A stretch of DNA of 64,000 nucleotides, from NCBI RefSeq assembly GCF_018977255.1, contig NW_024704743.1, positions 105,340,001 to 105,404,000 on the forward strand, written 5' to 3'. The DNA comes from Callorhinchus milii (Eukaryota). A program made the translations under genes and the position numbers. The notes beneath the pieces were generated by a model. The model was not told the origin of the DNA and did not search any database. It saw nothing but the letters and a program-made list of their open reading frames with translations. Positions 48,951-62,900 of this stretch are shown here, piece by piece. The number at the start of each line of letters is the position of its first letter. The first letter of the stretch is position 1.

Positions 48951-51900
48951 TCCCAAGAAGAATATGAGGACCCAGATTTAGAGTTACCAAGGCCAATTTC
49001 AGGACAGGCATCAGAACATTTTTCTTTACCCAGAGGGTAATTAATGACTGAAACAGGTTACCAGAAAGTATGGTTGAGGCTGGAACACGGGATCCTTTTT
49101 CCAAAACAGCTTGATGCTGTGATGGAGAGGTGGTAGGGTGGGTATTCTGGAAGAATAAGGTCAAATGGGCTGAAGAGCCTTCTTCATCTGAACCAATCTT
49201 GTGAATCTGAAATGTTGATAAGATTGTCATTCGCTTCAATGATTGCTAATGTGAAATTGCTGTGTGTAGATTGGCTGCTGAATTCAGCTACAGAAAACAC
49301 AGTCACCAATCTCGACAGTAAATCTTGTGAAATGATTTGAGATCTATTGATAATGTGATAAAGTGGTATATCACATATAAGTATTATTATAATAATACCC
49401 CGAATGGAGAGATGTTTCCAGACCAATTTAATCTCCATGGCAAAATGCTTGACAACCACCAGAGGGCATCAAAGACTTGTCACAAACCACAGTGATGGCA
49501 GAGGTCTTTCTTACAAATGAGCAAATATTCAATGTTTTTGAATGTATTGGAAGGGACAAATTTACAGAAGATTTTATTATACATTTTCACAAAAGTAGCA
49601 GAAAATGGTATTCAGTGAAACAGAACTGATTGAAAATTAATGTTGCAAGTAAGTATAGCCGATGTTTTTATGTTCAATCATAACTGGTGATATGAGACAT
49701 CTGATAATTACATTGTATTGTTAAATTAATTGGGTGTTATTGTGGATCAACACACTGCCTTTTCTTCTTGGGACTTTCTTGAGAAGAAGCAGATAATTAT
49801 TTCGGAGGGCAAATTTGCAGGACTATGGGAAGAAAGCGGGGGATTGGGATTGATTTGGATAGCTCTTTTCAAAAAGCCGGCACAGACACGATGGGCCGAA
49901 TGGCCTCCTTCTGTGATGTATAATTCTATGATTCTATGATCTTGGTTCAATTCCTCACCAATGTAATGGGAAGAGATTCTCCTCTGAGTTGAGTGTAGGG
50001 CTCATGACTAAAATGTGTTATTACATTTTCAGAACAGGTCTAAATGAGTGCATGTCTAAATGTGTGTTTGTCCACTGAAAGAAAGTAAGAAAGAAAGGAA
50101 ACATATTAAAATGATTCAAAATGCTTTACAGTAATTACTGTTGAGTTTAGTGACTATTTTTGTAGCCACAATGAGGACGGCCCTCTGAAAATGTGGCACT
50201 CACCCAATATAGCAATGGATAGCGTGTCTGCCTGGACTGTGAGTTCAAGTGCTAATGTGAGCGGAATGGAAGAAGGTTGGCATTTTAAATTGTTATCAGT
50301 TACATCACTGGCTGCTGTAGTAAAATACACTTGTAGCAGTAGATATTATTTACTGTAGGTCGGCAGGGCTCCCACAAACCATGTTGTCCCTAAATAAGTT
50401 GTTATAACTAATAGTAATGAATACATTTGGATTTCCAATATATTTCAATAAGACAAAGTGACCCAAGAGCGTAAGAGAGAGAGAGATGTTTCTAAATGCT
50501 TGAAAGCTGCAATCAGAGTTATTAGAAATGAATGAAAAACCAAACAATTCCTAGCTTTCAGACCGACTTAGATTCTTTATTACCCAAAATAAGCACTCTC
50601 TCTAATTATTTGCTTCTATCCAAACAATGCCACATCTCCGAAATACTTAATTTCCTGGTCTACACAACACTCAGCTGCCTTAAGTAAGCATGTATGATTA
50701 AAGCTGGTGCAACATCAATTTGCTGTGCCTCGTAAACAATTTTATTCGTACTGCAGTTCAATGTTCAATTCACATCACGCTCAGTGACTGAAAAGAAAGG
50801 ATTGCTGATTGGTGTACAGGTGATTCTTGTTGGAGATGTTGGGCACTATTGAGGTTTGAGACTGAGGTCTATTGGTTATTTTACTTGGAGACAGTTCTTG
50901 TTGAAACAGTAATACAGTAGTACTTTTAAACAGGTTTCCGACACCATGTTCTAATTAGCTGAGATAACAGTGTACTGACTCCTCCAACAATTGCCAACTG
51001 ACAGATGAACTGAAGTAAATAAGAAGGCAGATTGTGGAAGTAACAATATATTCATTCACCATACATGCCTACATGAGTGTTTTTACCCAGAGAGTTGTTA
51101 CAATCTGGAATCCACTGCCTGAAAGGGTGGTGGAAGCAGATTTGATAGTTGCTTTCAAAAGGGAATTAGGTAGGTACTTGAAAGGGAAACATTTGCAGGG
51201 CTAATGGATAAGACCGTGGGAGTTGGCTTGTTGGCTAGCTCTTTCAAAGATCCAGCACAGGCATGATGGGCCGAATAGGAATAAAAATATAAGGTGGGAG
51301 AGAACCGGTTTTAAAACAATTTGAATTGAATTTTGATGTATTTTTAAGAAGTTTTTTTAATCTAATTATGAGATTTAAAGACTTTGTGATTTTGAGATAC
51401 TTTATGCAGTTTGCAGGATTAATTCTGAATGGATGCCCTATGTTTAGCTGTACTGAGGCACATATTTCTACCTAGTCTTAGCCTACAAGAAATATTTGTT
51501 TAAAATTTACGATCACACAGAATTGTGGAAAATTCTTAAATAGTCTCAATCTGTAAACCTTTTTTTAAGAACTGCAGAAAAGCAACTCTAAAATTAAGAG
51601 TGAATTGAAGCATGTTCCACATTTCTGCTTAATATTGCCACAGAATCTTTAGTAATAGATAAAAAGTGATGTTTCTTAACAAAGCTGATAGCACATTAGA
51701 TAACTCCACTGAATCTGAAAAGAAACAATGCAGCTTTCAACCCATAAAGCCCTGTACATAGGAAACTCTATGCATTGAACAATAAAACTGCAATGAGGTG
51801 CATTGATGTTCATCTGTCAGTGGCAATAAACCATGTTGTCCCTAAATAAAAACAGACAGTGCTGGAAATGCAGTGAAGATCAGTCAGCATCTGAAAGAGA

Positions 51901-52319
51901 AAGACACATATTAAAGTCACATTTCATCAGTATCAGATTTCTGGCACCTTTTTTTTCAAATCACTGTTTCACCTGACAATGGAGTGCTTCACAGAGTTTA
52001 CTGTAAGTGTAGTGATTGTGTATTTTGGAGGCTGACACCTACAACACACAGATCTGAAGCAAACTCTAGTAAAACTGCACTTGATCTGAAGAAGTCTATA
52101 ACAAAATACATATGATCTTAATGGCATTATTGTGAACCAACACAGGTTGTTGAGAAACACTTATGTAAATCAATAAGACTGCAGGAAAGAGCTGTGATGC
52201 TTTTTCACCTGACTGAAAGCCTCTTTTACTTATAATGGCCAGTGCTATATTCTGTTCAGTACATAGAACTGTGGAAATCTATGACATGGTAAGAGGCCAT
52301 TGGACCATTGAATTAGCGG

Positions 52320-53375
52320 CAGTAGTCCACCAGCCACCTCCGCTCCCTCAAAGCACAGGTGCGTACCGCCGAACGAACCTCTCTCAAATCTAATTTAACG
52401 GTCCGCCGCAAATCTGGCTGGACCACATTAAAACTTAATGCTCCGACCTCGCCACTGATAAATTGTCCCTCAACTCCAAGATCATCTCCATCTACGGACC
52501 CCTCTAATCCGATTTCTATGGATGCACACTCCACCTCACCGATCCAGTCCAGAATCTTGTTTGACCCTCAATTGTCCTCTGTATCCCATATCTCACACCC
52601 CACATTTGCCCACAAAATACACAGTCAATCCACTTTACAGTATATTCTGTGAAGCGCTTTGAGACATCTCAAATACGTGATAAGGCACTAAATCAAACCC
52701 AAGGATTCTTATTATGACCTGCTCTGCCTTCCCCAACCTCTGAAATATCGCCCGGCTCCATCACTGCCTCTCCCCTCAGGCCACTGAAACCCTCTTGCAC
52801 ACATTTATAACATCTAGGCTCGACTACACCCTGCTTGTCGGTGTCCCCAACTCTTCCCTCCACAAACTGCAAGTCATCCATAATTCTGCAGTTCATGTCT
52901 CTCCCACACCAGACTCTGTGACCCCATCATCCTCACCCGGTTCCTCTGGCTTCCCATCCCCCAGAGGATAGTGTTCAAAATCCTCATTCTTGTCTTCAAG
53001 GCCCTCCGCGGCCATTGCTCCTTCCTACCTCTGTGACCTGCTAACTCCATATCAACTTGTCCGCTCCCTCCACTCAGCAGTCTCCGGCCTGCTCCATGTT
53101 CCCCGCCCGGCCTGCTCCACCATTGCTAGTCGGGCCTTCAGCCTCTTTGCCCCCACCCTTTGGAACTCCATCCCACAGTTCCTTTGCCTCCCTTGCCTCC
53201 TTGAAGGCGCGTCTCAAGACCCTTCTTTTTGACCATGCCTTCAGCTGCCCTCCAACCCTCCCTGCTCTCCACGCTCATGATCCCAACTCCCTGCTTGAAT
53301 CCAAATCCCTGACTGTCCAGCACCTTAGGATGTCCTCCCGACGTGAAAGCTCCATACAAATGTTACTTCTTGTTA
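52320..53375 (+). mobile_element. L2 fragments with a nested SINE tail (about 52605-52712)
   Basis: Linker and 3' region similarity to the 59958-63188 element. Confidence 0.82.
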
Positions 53376-54211
53376 TCTGAAACACCCACATACCAGGGTT
53401 TTATGAATATTTGCTCTGTGTTTTCTTTAAAGATCGTACAATTGGCTCTTTCCTAACAATGGCCTGTTGAAAGCTTATCTGTTGCTTCCAATTAAGAAGT
53501 GCGGAGCCAGTCTGGTGCACTTTGCATCTACTGCTTTCATGGTGCAGTGGGTTTTTACAGCCAAATTCAAGTTCAATTCCAACTCACCACCAAACATACA
53601 ATATAAAGGCAGCAACTGTGCACTCCAGTTGGGATTATAAGAATTCATTACAACCCAGCCAGCAGGAAGAGGTAAACACAAGATGGAACCTAAATCTGGA
53701 TTTAAAACAAAATAACTAAAATTACTAATATCCTACTGTAATACATATGAACCTGTTACATTTTTAATTTAGATTTTCTTAATCACTGCTCGATTGTTCT
53801 GCATTCTTTTTAAAAAAATCTGATCTTCTTTGCAGCTGTAAACCAAATGTAATATTTAGTCTGTATAGCCAGCAAGACATTTCTGATCACAGCTGTGCTA
53901 CTTTCATTGTTGGAATTGATAGATGAGCTGAGTTTTAATCCTTTCTTTGTGGAAGAATTGCAGCTGTGCATTGCAATAATGACTTTCAGTGATGAAAGGA
54001 AAATGAATCTTCTTTCACTTGCATTTCTATTCCTAATAACTCATTAAGCCATGATTTTAAGATTTTTGGAATAATCTACAAAGCTTTCCTCACAGTAAGT
54101 TATCTTCCACATAAGAGATTCAATTTATTGAAATAAAAAAGACAAGGTTGAAAATATTGCCACATAGCTTTAATTTGAATGTACCTTCAATTTCACCCAC
54201 AAACTCTTGCA

Positions 54212-54619
54212 TTTTGCCCACAAAGTATAGTCAACTCACTTTACAGTATATTCTGTGAAGCTCTTTGAGACATCTTGAAGACATGATAAGGTGCTATATA
54301 TTATTAATAATAATAATAATCCTTGCATTTGATATAGTGCTTTTCACGTCTTCTAGATGTTTCAAAGCGCTTCACAGAATATGCTGTAAAGTAAATTGAT
54401 TGTATATTTGTGGGCGAAACGCGGCAGCCAATTACACACAGCAGTGTCCCGCAAACAGTCGTGGATTGAGCGACCAAATTGTTATTGTTTTATTTCTTGG
54501 CGGATTAGTATCAGGCATGTAGAGTAAGGAAACTTACCCAAGGTTTCACCCTGCTGGAAATCGAACCCAGGACTCTCACTTGCAAGGCTAGTGCTCTAAC
54601 CACTAAGCTACAGGACTCC
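54212..54619. mobile_element. Tail-to-tail SINEs: 3' fragment (+) 54212-54305 and full copy (-) 54306-54619
   Basis: As for 46735-47349. Confidence 0.88.
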
Positions 54620-56344
54620 ACTACCTTATACCTTATTTATTCAAGAAAGCTATGGTTAATACAGTATTGTTACATCAGGGAGTACTAAATTCTTTCTCCT
54701 GAAGCAGTGAGTTCAAAGGCAAGCTTGATTAATGGGATAGTTCTTACACGACCTATTTGATGCTGGTTTCAGTTTCAGTTGTGGTCTGAACCACATAAAA
54801 GAACATAAGCTTCACAATTTGCAAATATATCCTAACAACATTCGGCAGCTGCCAAAGGGAAAACAAACATAAGAGGAATAGGTCATATCTTTTGCAGAAT
54901 GGCTTTAGATGGTAGCAAAAGACAATCAAATGCAGATTTAGGCTAAGAAAATGATAATTTATCTCTGTAAAAAAATTGGAATCACATCTTAGTCCCTGTG
55001 GCCTTTTCCTGCAATTGAGAATCTATAAATGAACATCACAAGATCACAAACAGGTACAGGTCTTTGGCTCATTTGATCTCGTACTTACCCAACTATTCTC
55101 CTATTACAGCATCAAGCTATGGAGAGGGTGGTAGTGAGTAGCGCATTGCAAAGGTTGTGTCTAGAGGTGTCAAAAGATTAGGGTTTCAGGTCTGTTGGAG
55201 GTGAGGTAGTGCTAGAAGCAGCCGATGTTGCAGAGATGGAGGAAAGTGGATTTGGTGAGAGCCTTGATTAACGTAGTGAAGGGCAATTGAGTATCAAAAA
55301 AAACTCAGAGGTTCCACCCAAGCTCCATGAGTTGGAGTGAGCAACCAGTGAGGTTGATAGAGAAGAGGAGACATTAATTGAAGCCAAGCAGGATAGATTC
55401 AGCACAGATTCAAATGCTGGGAGGATCACATAATGTAGATACAACCAAGCAAATTAACTTGGAATACGAGCCCAAAACTGTAGGACTTGAGAATAACATT
55501 AAGAACATAAGGACATAAGAATTTGCTAGGCAAAACAAAGCCAAGATCCATCTAGTTCGCCTACCACCATCCTGGCAGTCATTAACTTAATTAATTAATG
55601 TATTATTGTTGAACATTGCTGTGCACAAATGGGCAGCAGTGTTCACTACATTTTACAGAACATCCTGTGATGCACTTTGAGACATCCTTCTGTACCAAAT
55701 GCAAATATTAATATTATTCAGCAATATATTTGGTCAGCTTGTCTCTGTCACATTTAGTTGTGATGCCAGACAGATTAAAGATGTGTTACCCAAACCAAAT
55801 CTGGTTGATATTGGTTTGGGTAATTCCCTTGTTCGATTATCTCAGATCTATTATTGTCTATTATTAGTATTATATTATTATCTATCCAGATTTAACAGTA
55901 TCCATTTTTCATCCTATTTATTTTTCTTGAAAATGTGTATTTTAACTGAAACTTGAATTCATCAGTTTCAATATCTAAAGTTGCATTTATTTAAAGCCAA
56001 TCTAAGATGCCTGTAAGCATGAGACAACAATCACTGATTTCTTAATCACAATCTTAATCTGTACAATTATAAAGTAAAATATGCTACAATAGAGGTAATT
56101 CTTCACCGATTTTCTCTTTACTGGAAACATCATGACAGTCATTAGCACTGCCCTGATCGTTAAGTACATTTAGTAAATCTGCTTTGAATTAACAATACTG
56201 GAGGAGATTTTCCTCCTATCAATATAATTTATGTAAAGTGATCAGAGAAAATTGCAATCTCAGTGGTGCTGATATTACATCCTTACAAAATAGAGGTGTA
56301 ATTTTCTTCTTTTAAGTGTTACCCATCCACTACCATTCATAAAA

Positions 56345-56849
56345 TCCAGATCATTCAAAATTCTGCCATCCGCATTCTCACCCGCACCACAAACCTCCGC
56401 TCCCCGATCACCCCAGTCCTTGCCAGACTGCACTGGCTGCCTATCCCAGAGAGGATCGATTTCAAGATCCTTACCCTTGTATTCAAGTCTCTGCACTCCT
56501 CTACATCCCCCTAACCTCTCTGACCTCCTCTCCTCAAAACAGTACCCATTGCCTTTGTTCCTCTGGGTCTGGCCTCCTCCTCGTCCCCAGAGTCCTCCGC
56601 TCCACCCTCGGCGGCCGTGCCTTCAGCCACTATGCCCCGAGGCTCTGGAATTCCCTTCTTCACTCCCTTTGCCTTGCTCCATTGCTTCCTATTTTCAGCT
56701 CTCTGCTGAAGACCTTTCTTTTCTATCGCGCCTTTGGTCACCTTCCTCCCCCTCCCCCTGGCTCGGCCCCGGGATCTGTTACTGTGAAGCGCTCTGAGAC
56801 GCCGTCCGGTGTGGAGGGCGCTATATAAATCCAAGTTGTTGTTGTTGTT
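56345..56849 (+). mobile_element. L2 3' fragment, second subfamily
   Basis: High similarity to the reverse complement of 34344-34850; (TTG)n tail. Confidence 0.9.
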
Positions 56850-58484
56850 ACCCAGATAACAGACACAGAAAACATCAATAAATAATAATTCTTGCTTTTC
56901 ATAAAGTATATTCTCATGTTGTCAAGAGATGTCAACGTGCCTTACAAGATTTTACTGTAAAGTGTAGTGACTGTGAATTTGTTTGTAAATATGCAGCCAA
57001 TTTGCGTTTGCAATGCACCACAGACAGCTATACAGTGAGTGACCAATTTTATCTGGAGGATTGTTGCCCAGGAGACTGGGAGAAACTCTCTTCTCTTTTT
57101 GGATAGAATAATAATAATAAACCTAACATTTGATAGGATCTTTAACATCCACCTGAACTTGGTTTAACATCTTATCCGAAGGTTAGAATCTGACAATGCA
57201 TCACTGCCCAGCACAGGAAAGGAGTGTCAGCCTATACTAGAAAGAAACCTGCATTTTTAAAGTGTATTATTATGTTGAACCATTGCAAAGCACTTCATAG
57301 GTACTTACTGTCAATGCAGTGACTCATTTTGTAGGCAGATTCAGTCATTTGCACCAGCAAGGTGCCACATTAGGCACAAATGACCAATTACTGAAGGAAT
57401 CTTAGCCAAGAAACTGGGAGAAACGCATTTGTCTTTTCCCTTTTTTTTCAAATTTTTCTTTAAATGAAACTTTTTCTTTCAGACATCTCAGTGATTATAA
57501 AAGCCTGCAGCAAAGTGCCGGCATGATAAGGCGCTACATCAAATACCAGGATTATTATCATCATTATCACCCATTTCCCGCCAATCTCCACTCACTCCCT
57601 CTCTCTGAAAGGATCGACTTCAAGGTCCTCACCTTCACTTACAAGTCCCTTCATGTCCTAGCACCTCCCCTCAACAATAATAGAAAAAAATATATGAATA
57701 GTATAATTGAAGGCTCTCTTCACTAGATTGTACCCTGGGAAGACAAACATCTGTTGTGTAGTCTATCTTAACCTCCATCATAAAATGTAGTGACAAGGTT
57801 ACTATTTTAGGGGTTAGTATACCCAAACATATTCTTGTATCTTAAACAATGAAGGAGTACTTTTAATGTTTACACTTGGATAACAAAAATGCTTGGAAAT
57901 AGCCCAAACTAAATTTTCACCAGTAATGATTAATTCAGAATGGCACTTTCATAGTTTTCTCATTCTGCCTTGATTTTGTACAGTGTTGCTAAGTCAGATA
58001 CTCTCACATTGCACACTCCCTAATGTTAATTAATGGAGTTCCACAGTGCAGTCTCCTGTTTCAATCAGCTGTGTTGACTTACTGAACAAACAGATTAAAA
58101 ATCCCTGAGAATCGCTGCATGTTGATACAGTTGCTGGAGGTGGTTTAAAGATGAACATTTTTTAAGCTTATTTCCTAGTGTGAGTACCAGATACTTTTTG
58201 AGTGAGTCAGTGCCCGTGCTTTCAATCACTATGCCCCTAACTTCTGGAACTTCCTGCTTCAATCTTTCCATCTTGCCATTTCTGTCTATTGCATTTATAA
58301 AGCATATTTGATGTCAGAAGGATGTCCCAGGGCAATACACAGTCAACGATTTGCACCCGAACCGTGGATGGGATTCATACTCTTCTCTACCTCTATGACC
58401 TGCTTGTACCCCACTCCTCTGCCTGCACCCTTTGCTCAGCTAAAGCAGGCCTGATGTGGGTCAATGACCCCTCCATGTCACACT

Positions 58485-58515
58485 CGCGCGCGCGCGCGCG
58501 CACGCGCACACACAC
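58485..58515. repeat. (CG)8 followed by (CA)n alternating purine-pyrimidine microsatellite
   Basis: CGCGCGCGCGCGCGCGCACGCGCACACACAC. Confidence 0.95.
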
Positions 58516-59191
58516 TCTGTAAAGCAGCAACATAATCATGTTTAACGTGTGCACTAAGCAAGATTCAATGTGATTTGACTTCAAAGCATTCCTAAAAGAA
58601 AGGAGGGAGTTTCTCTTAAGTCCTGGTGAACAATCAATCCCTCTGACAAAATTGGTCATTCACATCCTGGCTGTTTATTTGATGAAAGTGTGATGGTTTA
58701 AAGCAGTGGAAGTGGCTCCACCTGCATATTCGCATGAGTCTAGGTAAGCTAGTGTTCAATCAGTACTGTGTTTTCATTTTGTTTTTGATTTATGGCATAA
58801 ATATTCAATCAAAAAATGTATTTTGTTAGTCAACCATAAAGGTTGGTCACCATTGGTTTAAAACAAATGATTATATTGCTTCCAAAGCCAGAGCAGACTC
58901 AATGGACTGAATGGACTCCTTTTCTGTGATCTATTAAAAGAGGAGTTAAAGAATTGGGCCCAGTGAGTGTAAACCATTGAGAAATGTTTAAATTAGATGT
59001 GGGATAAGGAGAAAGAGATGGAATAGATCTTAGATTAATTAAAGGTAAAATAAATGAATTGTAGCAAATCCAAAGTGTAGCTATGTAAAGCAGAGCACTC
59101 CAACCTTAGCAAATGATGTGTGTGCCTGTCACTTTTATAGTATAGTGAGAAGATCGGGACTCTAATGTAAAGAACTGGACTCAACATTAAT

Positions 59192-59506
59192 TGGAGTCCT
59201 GTAGCTCAGTGGTTAGAGTACTTGCCTTGCACGCAAGACACCTGGGTTCAATTCCAGGCAGGGCGAAACTTTGGGCAAGTTTCCTTACTCCACACGCCTT
59301 ATAATAATCCCTCCAAAACAAAAAACAATAATAAATTGGTCATATTCAATCCATGACTGTTTGTTGGACACTGCTGTGTGCAATTGGCTGCTGAGTTTCG
59401 CCACAAATATACAGTCAATTCAATTTACAGTACATTCTGTGAAGCGCTTTGAGACATCTAGAAGATGTGAAAAGCGCTATATCAAATGCAAGGATTATTA
59501 TTATTA
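59192..59506 (+). mobile_element. Same SINE, short subfamily
   Basis: Full head, body and tail. Confidence 0.9.
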
Positions 59507-59957
59507 AGCATGTTAAAAACTATTTGAAACATATGTAGGCTTCTTGTATTGCAATACAAACCAATTACTAGATTCATCAAATGCATTGATTCAGAATAAT
59601 TGCAGCTGCGATTAGTATCTCTCTAATTTGGTATAAAGTGAAGAGCTACAATTTATTATTCAATTTGTTTTCACTTGTTTTCAGCCTTAGTTGAAAAGAT
59701 GTAGACTAATGTTGTCGGTGGTAAACAACAACAACAAATTACACTTGTCTTGCGCCCTTCACGTTGGAAAGACATCCCAGGGCGCTGGCCCTGGCATTTT
59801 ACACCTGGTCTCTTACACAGCACACTGCATTTGAAGGCTATTGTGTATTGTGTGTTTGTAGGAGAACCAGCAGCTAATTTGTAAACATTAATGCATCACA
59901 AACACAAGTTGTTGTTATTGCATTTCTTTTGCATTGATTTTTCGGAATCAGAGGTAC

Positions 59958-62900
59958 TATGTCCTCCTCTCTCTCCGTCCCGCTCGCCTTCTATCCCCAC
60001 TTGACCCTCCCACAACTTCCCTCTGTTCCAGCCTGGGAATCCTCCGCCGGGCTCACTGTGGCACTCGGCGTTGGCTGTCCAGCAGCAGCCACACCGACTG
60101 CCCCATTCCCCACCACACTCACCAGCCACCCCGGACACAGACCCGGGGAGCCAACCTCGCTTCCCTCATCCCCATTTCCCCCACCCCTGCCCCACAACGT
60201 GGACCCCCTTCCCCTGCCACACACCCTTCTGTCAACCGCTCCCTCCACATCGGACTACAAAACGTCTGCTCCCTCTGTAACAAGGCCCTGGTCATCAACG
60301 ATCTCATCCTTGATGAGAGCGTTGACATCATGGCCTTAACGGAAACCTGGCTCACCCCAGGCGACACCTTCCCCCTCACGGAGGCCACACCACCCGGCTA
60401 CACCTCCCACCACATCCCTCGCCCCAACCGCCGTGGCGGTGGTGTTGCCCTTATCTCAAGGACACCACTTGCCCTATCCCCCTACTCCTCTGGCTCTTTC
60501 CCCTCTTTCGAGCACCTCACCCTCTCCCACCCCTCCTTCCTCTCACTCAAAATCCTCCTCCTCTACCGGCCCCCTAAAACCTCTCCCACCTTCATCTCCG
60601 ATATTTCAACACTTCTTACATCTCTCTGCCTCTGCTCTGATCGCCTCATCATCCTGGGCGACTTCAACCTGCACTTCACCCCCTCCTGCTCCATCTCCTC
60701 AGACTTCTCTTCCCTGCTCTCCTCACTCAACCTCTCCTTACACATAAACTCCCCCACTCACAGTCACGGCCACCCACTCGACTTGGTGATCACCCGGGGC
60801 CTCAGTGTCTCGGATGTCACTATCACCGACAAGGCCATCTCCGACCACCACTTCATCTCCTTCACCACCTCCACCCCCCTCCCCACCTCCATCAGACCCA
60901 CCACCATCTTCTACCGCCCCTGGAAGAAGTTACCCCCACAATCCCTAACCGCTGCCTTGGAGTCCTCTGAACTCCTCTCCCTCTGGCCTTCAACCCTCAC
61001 TGACCCCTCTTCTCCTCTCACCCTCCTCCACAACACCCTCTCCTCCACACTCGATACTCTTGCCCCCATCATCTCCCGTACTGTCTCCTACTCTCGCTCC
61101 TCCCCCTGGTTCACCACCCACCTCCGCTCACTGAAGAGCCAGGTGCGGGCCGCTGAACGCACCTGCGTCAAATCTGGCCTAACAGTCCACCGACAAATCT
61201 GGCTGGACCTCCTCAAAATCTACCGCTCCACTCTAGCCTCGGCCAAGTCGTCCTTCTACTCCAGGATAATCCTGGAGGCGAAGAACAACCCCAGGCTACT
61301 GTTTTCTACCACATCCCGACTCCTCCGTCCCCCCCGCCACCCCGCGCAGGTCATCTCCTCCAACCTTCACTGCGAAATCAAGGGAATTCGCTCCGCCGTC
61401 ACGTCCCCACCAACATGCACCCACCGCCCTCCTTCTCCCTCCCACACTCCGACTCCTACCCATAATCCCCTACACAATTTCGTACCCGTTTCCCCACCCT
61501 CTGTCACCAAACTCATCCTTTCCCTGAAACCCACCACCTGCTCCCTTGACCCCATCCCCACTCCACTCCTTATCTCCCAGCTCCACCTCCTTGCCCCACA
61601 TATCACAGACATCGTCAACCTGTCCCTCTCCTCTGGCTCTGTTCCCATTCCCTTAAAAACTGCCACCATCACTCCCACCTTGAAAAAACCCTCCCTTGAT
61701 GTGTCGCAGCTATCAAGCTACCGGCCCATCTCCAACCTCCCTTTCCTGTCCAAGGTCCTGGAAAGAGTTGTCGCCTCCCAGCTGCGCTCTTTCCTTTCCA
61801 CCCATTCATTATTCGAACCCCTTCAGTCGGGTTTCCGTGCTGCCCATAGCACAGAAACTGCCCTGGTCAAGGTCACCAATGACATCCTGACCATCTGTGA
61901 CCAGGGCTCCCTCTGCCTCCTCGTCCTCCTCGACCTATCGGCAGCATTCGATACGGTCGACCACGCTATCCTCCTCCACCGCTTGTCCTCCCACCTCAAC
62001 CTTCAAGGCCCTGTCCTTGAGTGGTTTAGGTCATACCTCTCCCACCGTCTTCACTTTGTTTCCACGAATGGCTTTTCCTCCAGCCCCCGCACTGTCTCGT
62101 GCGGTGTCCCTCAGGGCTCTGTCCTCGGTCCCCTCCTCTTCACCCTCTATATGCTCCCCCTTGGTGACATCATCCGCAGACATGGGGTTAACTTCCACAT
62201 GTATGCGGATGACACCCAACTCTACCTTTCCTCCTCTACCCTCAACTCCACGACCACCGATGTCCTGACAGCCTGCCTGTCCGACATCGAGTCCTGGACG
62301 AGAGACAACTTTCTTCAGCTCAACGTGTGTAAAACTGAGGCCCTCCTGATTGGCTCACGTCAGCGCCTCCGCACCTCAGGCGCTGACAGCATCAGCATCC
62401 AAGGCTGCACTCTCCATCTCTCAAAGCCAGTCAGGAACCTCGGCGTTCTGTTTGACCCTGAGCTGTCCTTTCTCCCTCATATCCGCACCACAACTGGCAC
62501 CGCCTTCCATCACCTCCGGAATATCGCCAGACTACGGCACTACCTCACCCCTCACGCTGCTGAAACTCTGGTCCACGCCTTTTTTCACCTCAAGGCTGGA
62601 CTATGGGAACTCTCTCCTCGCCGGCCTTCCCGGCACCTCCCTCCACAAGCTGCAGGTCATTCAGAACTCTGCAGCTCGTGTACTGTCCCGCACCAGGCTT
62701 CGGGACCACATCACTCCCACCCTCGCTCGCCTCCACTGGCTCCCCATCCCCCAGAGGATCGAATTCAAGATCCTCATCCTCACCTGCAAGGCCATTCACG
62801 GCCTTGCTCCCTCCTACCTCTCCGACCTACTATCCCCCTACCTACCTGCCCGTACCCTCCGTTCCTCTGGCTCCGGTCTGCTCCACATCCCCCTCCCCAA

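Noticed and set aside
45200..59900. A second host gene upstream of RB1CC1
   Set aside because: The short ORFs are TE-derived or unrecognisable, with no consistent exon chain or CpG island.
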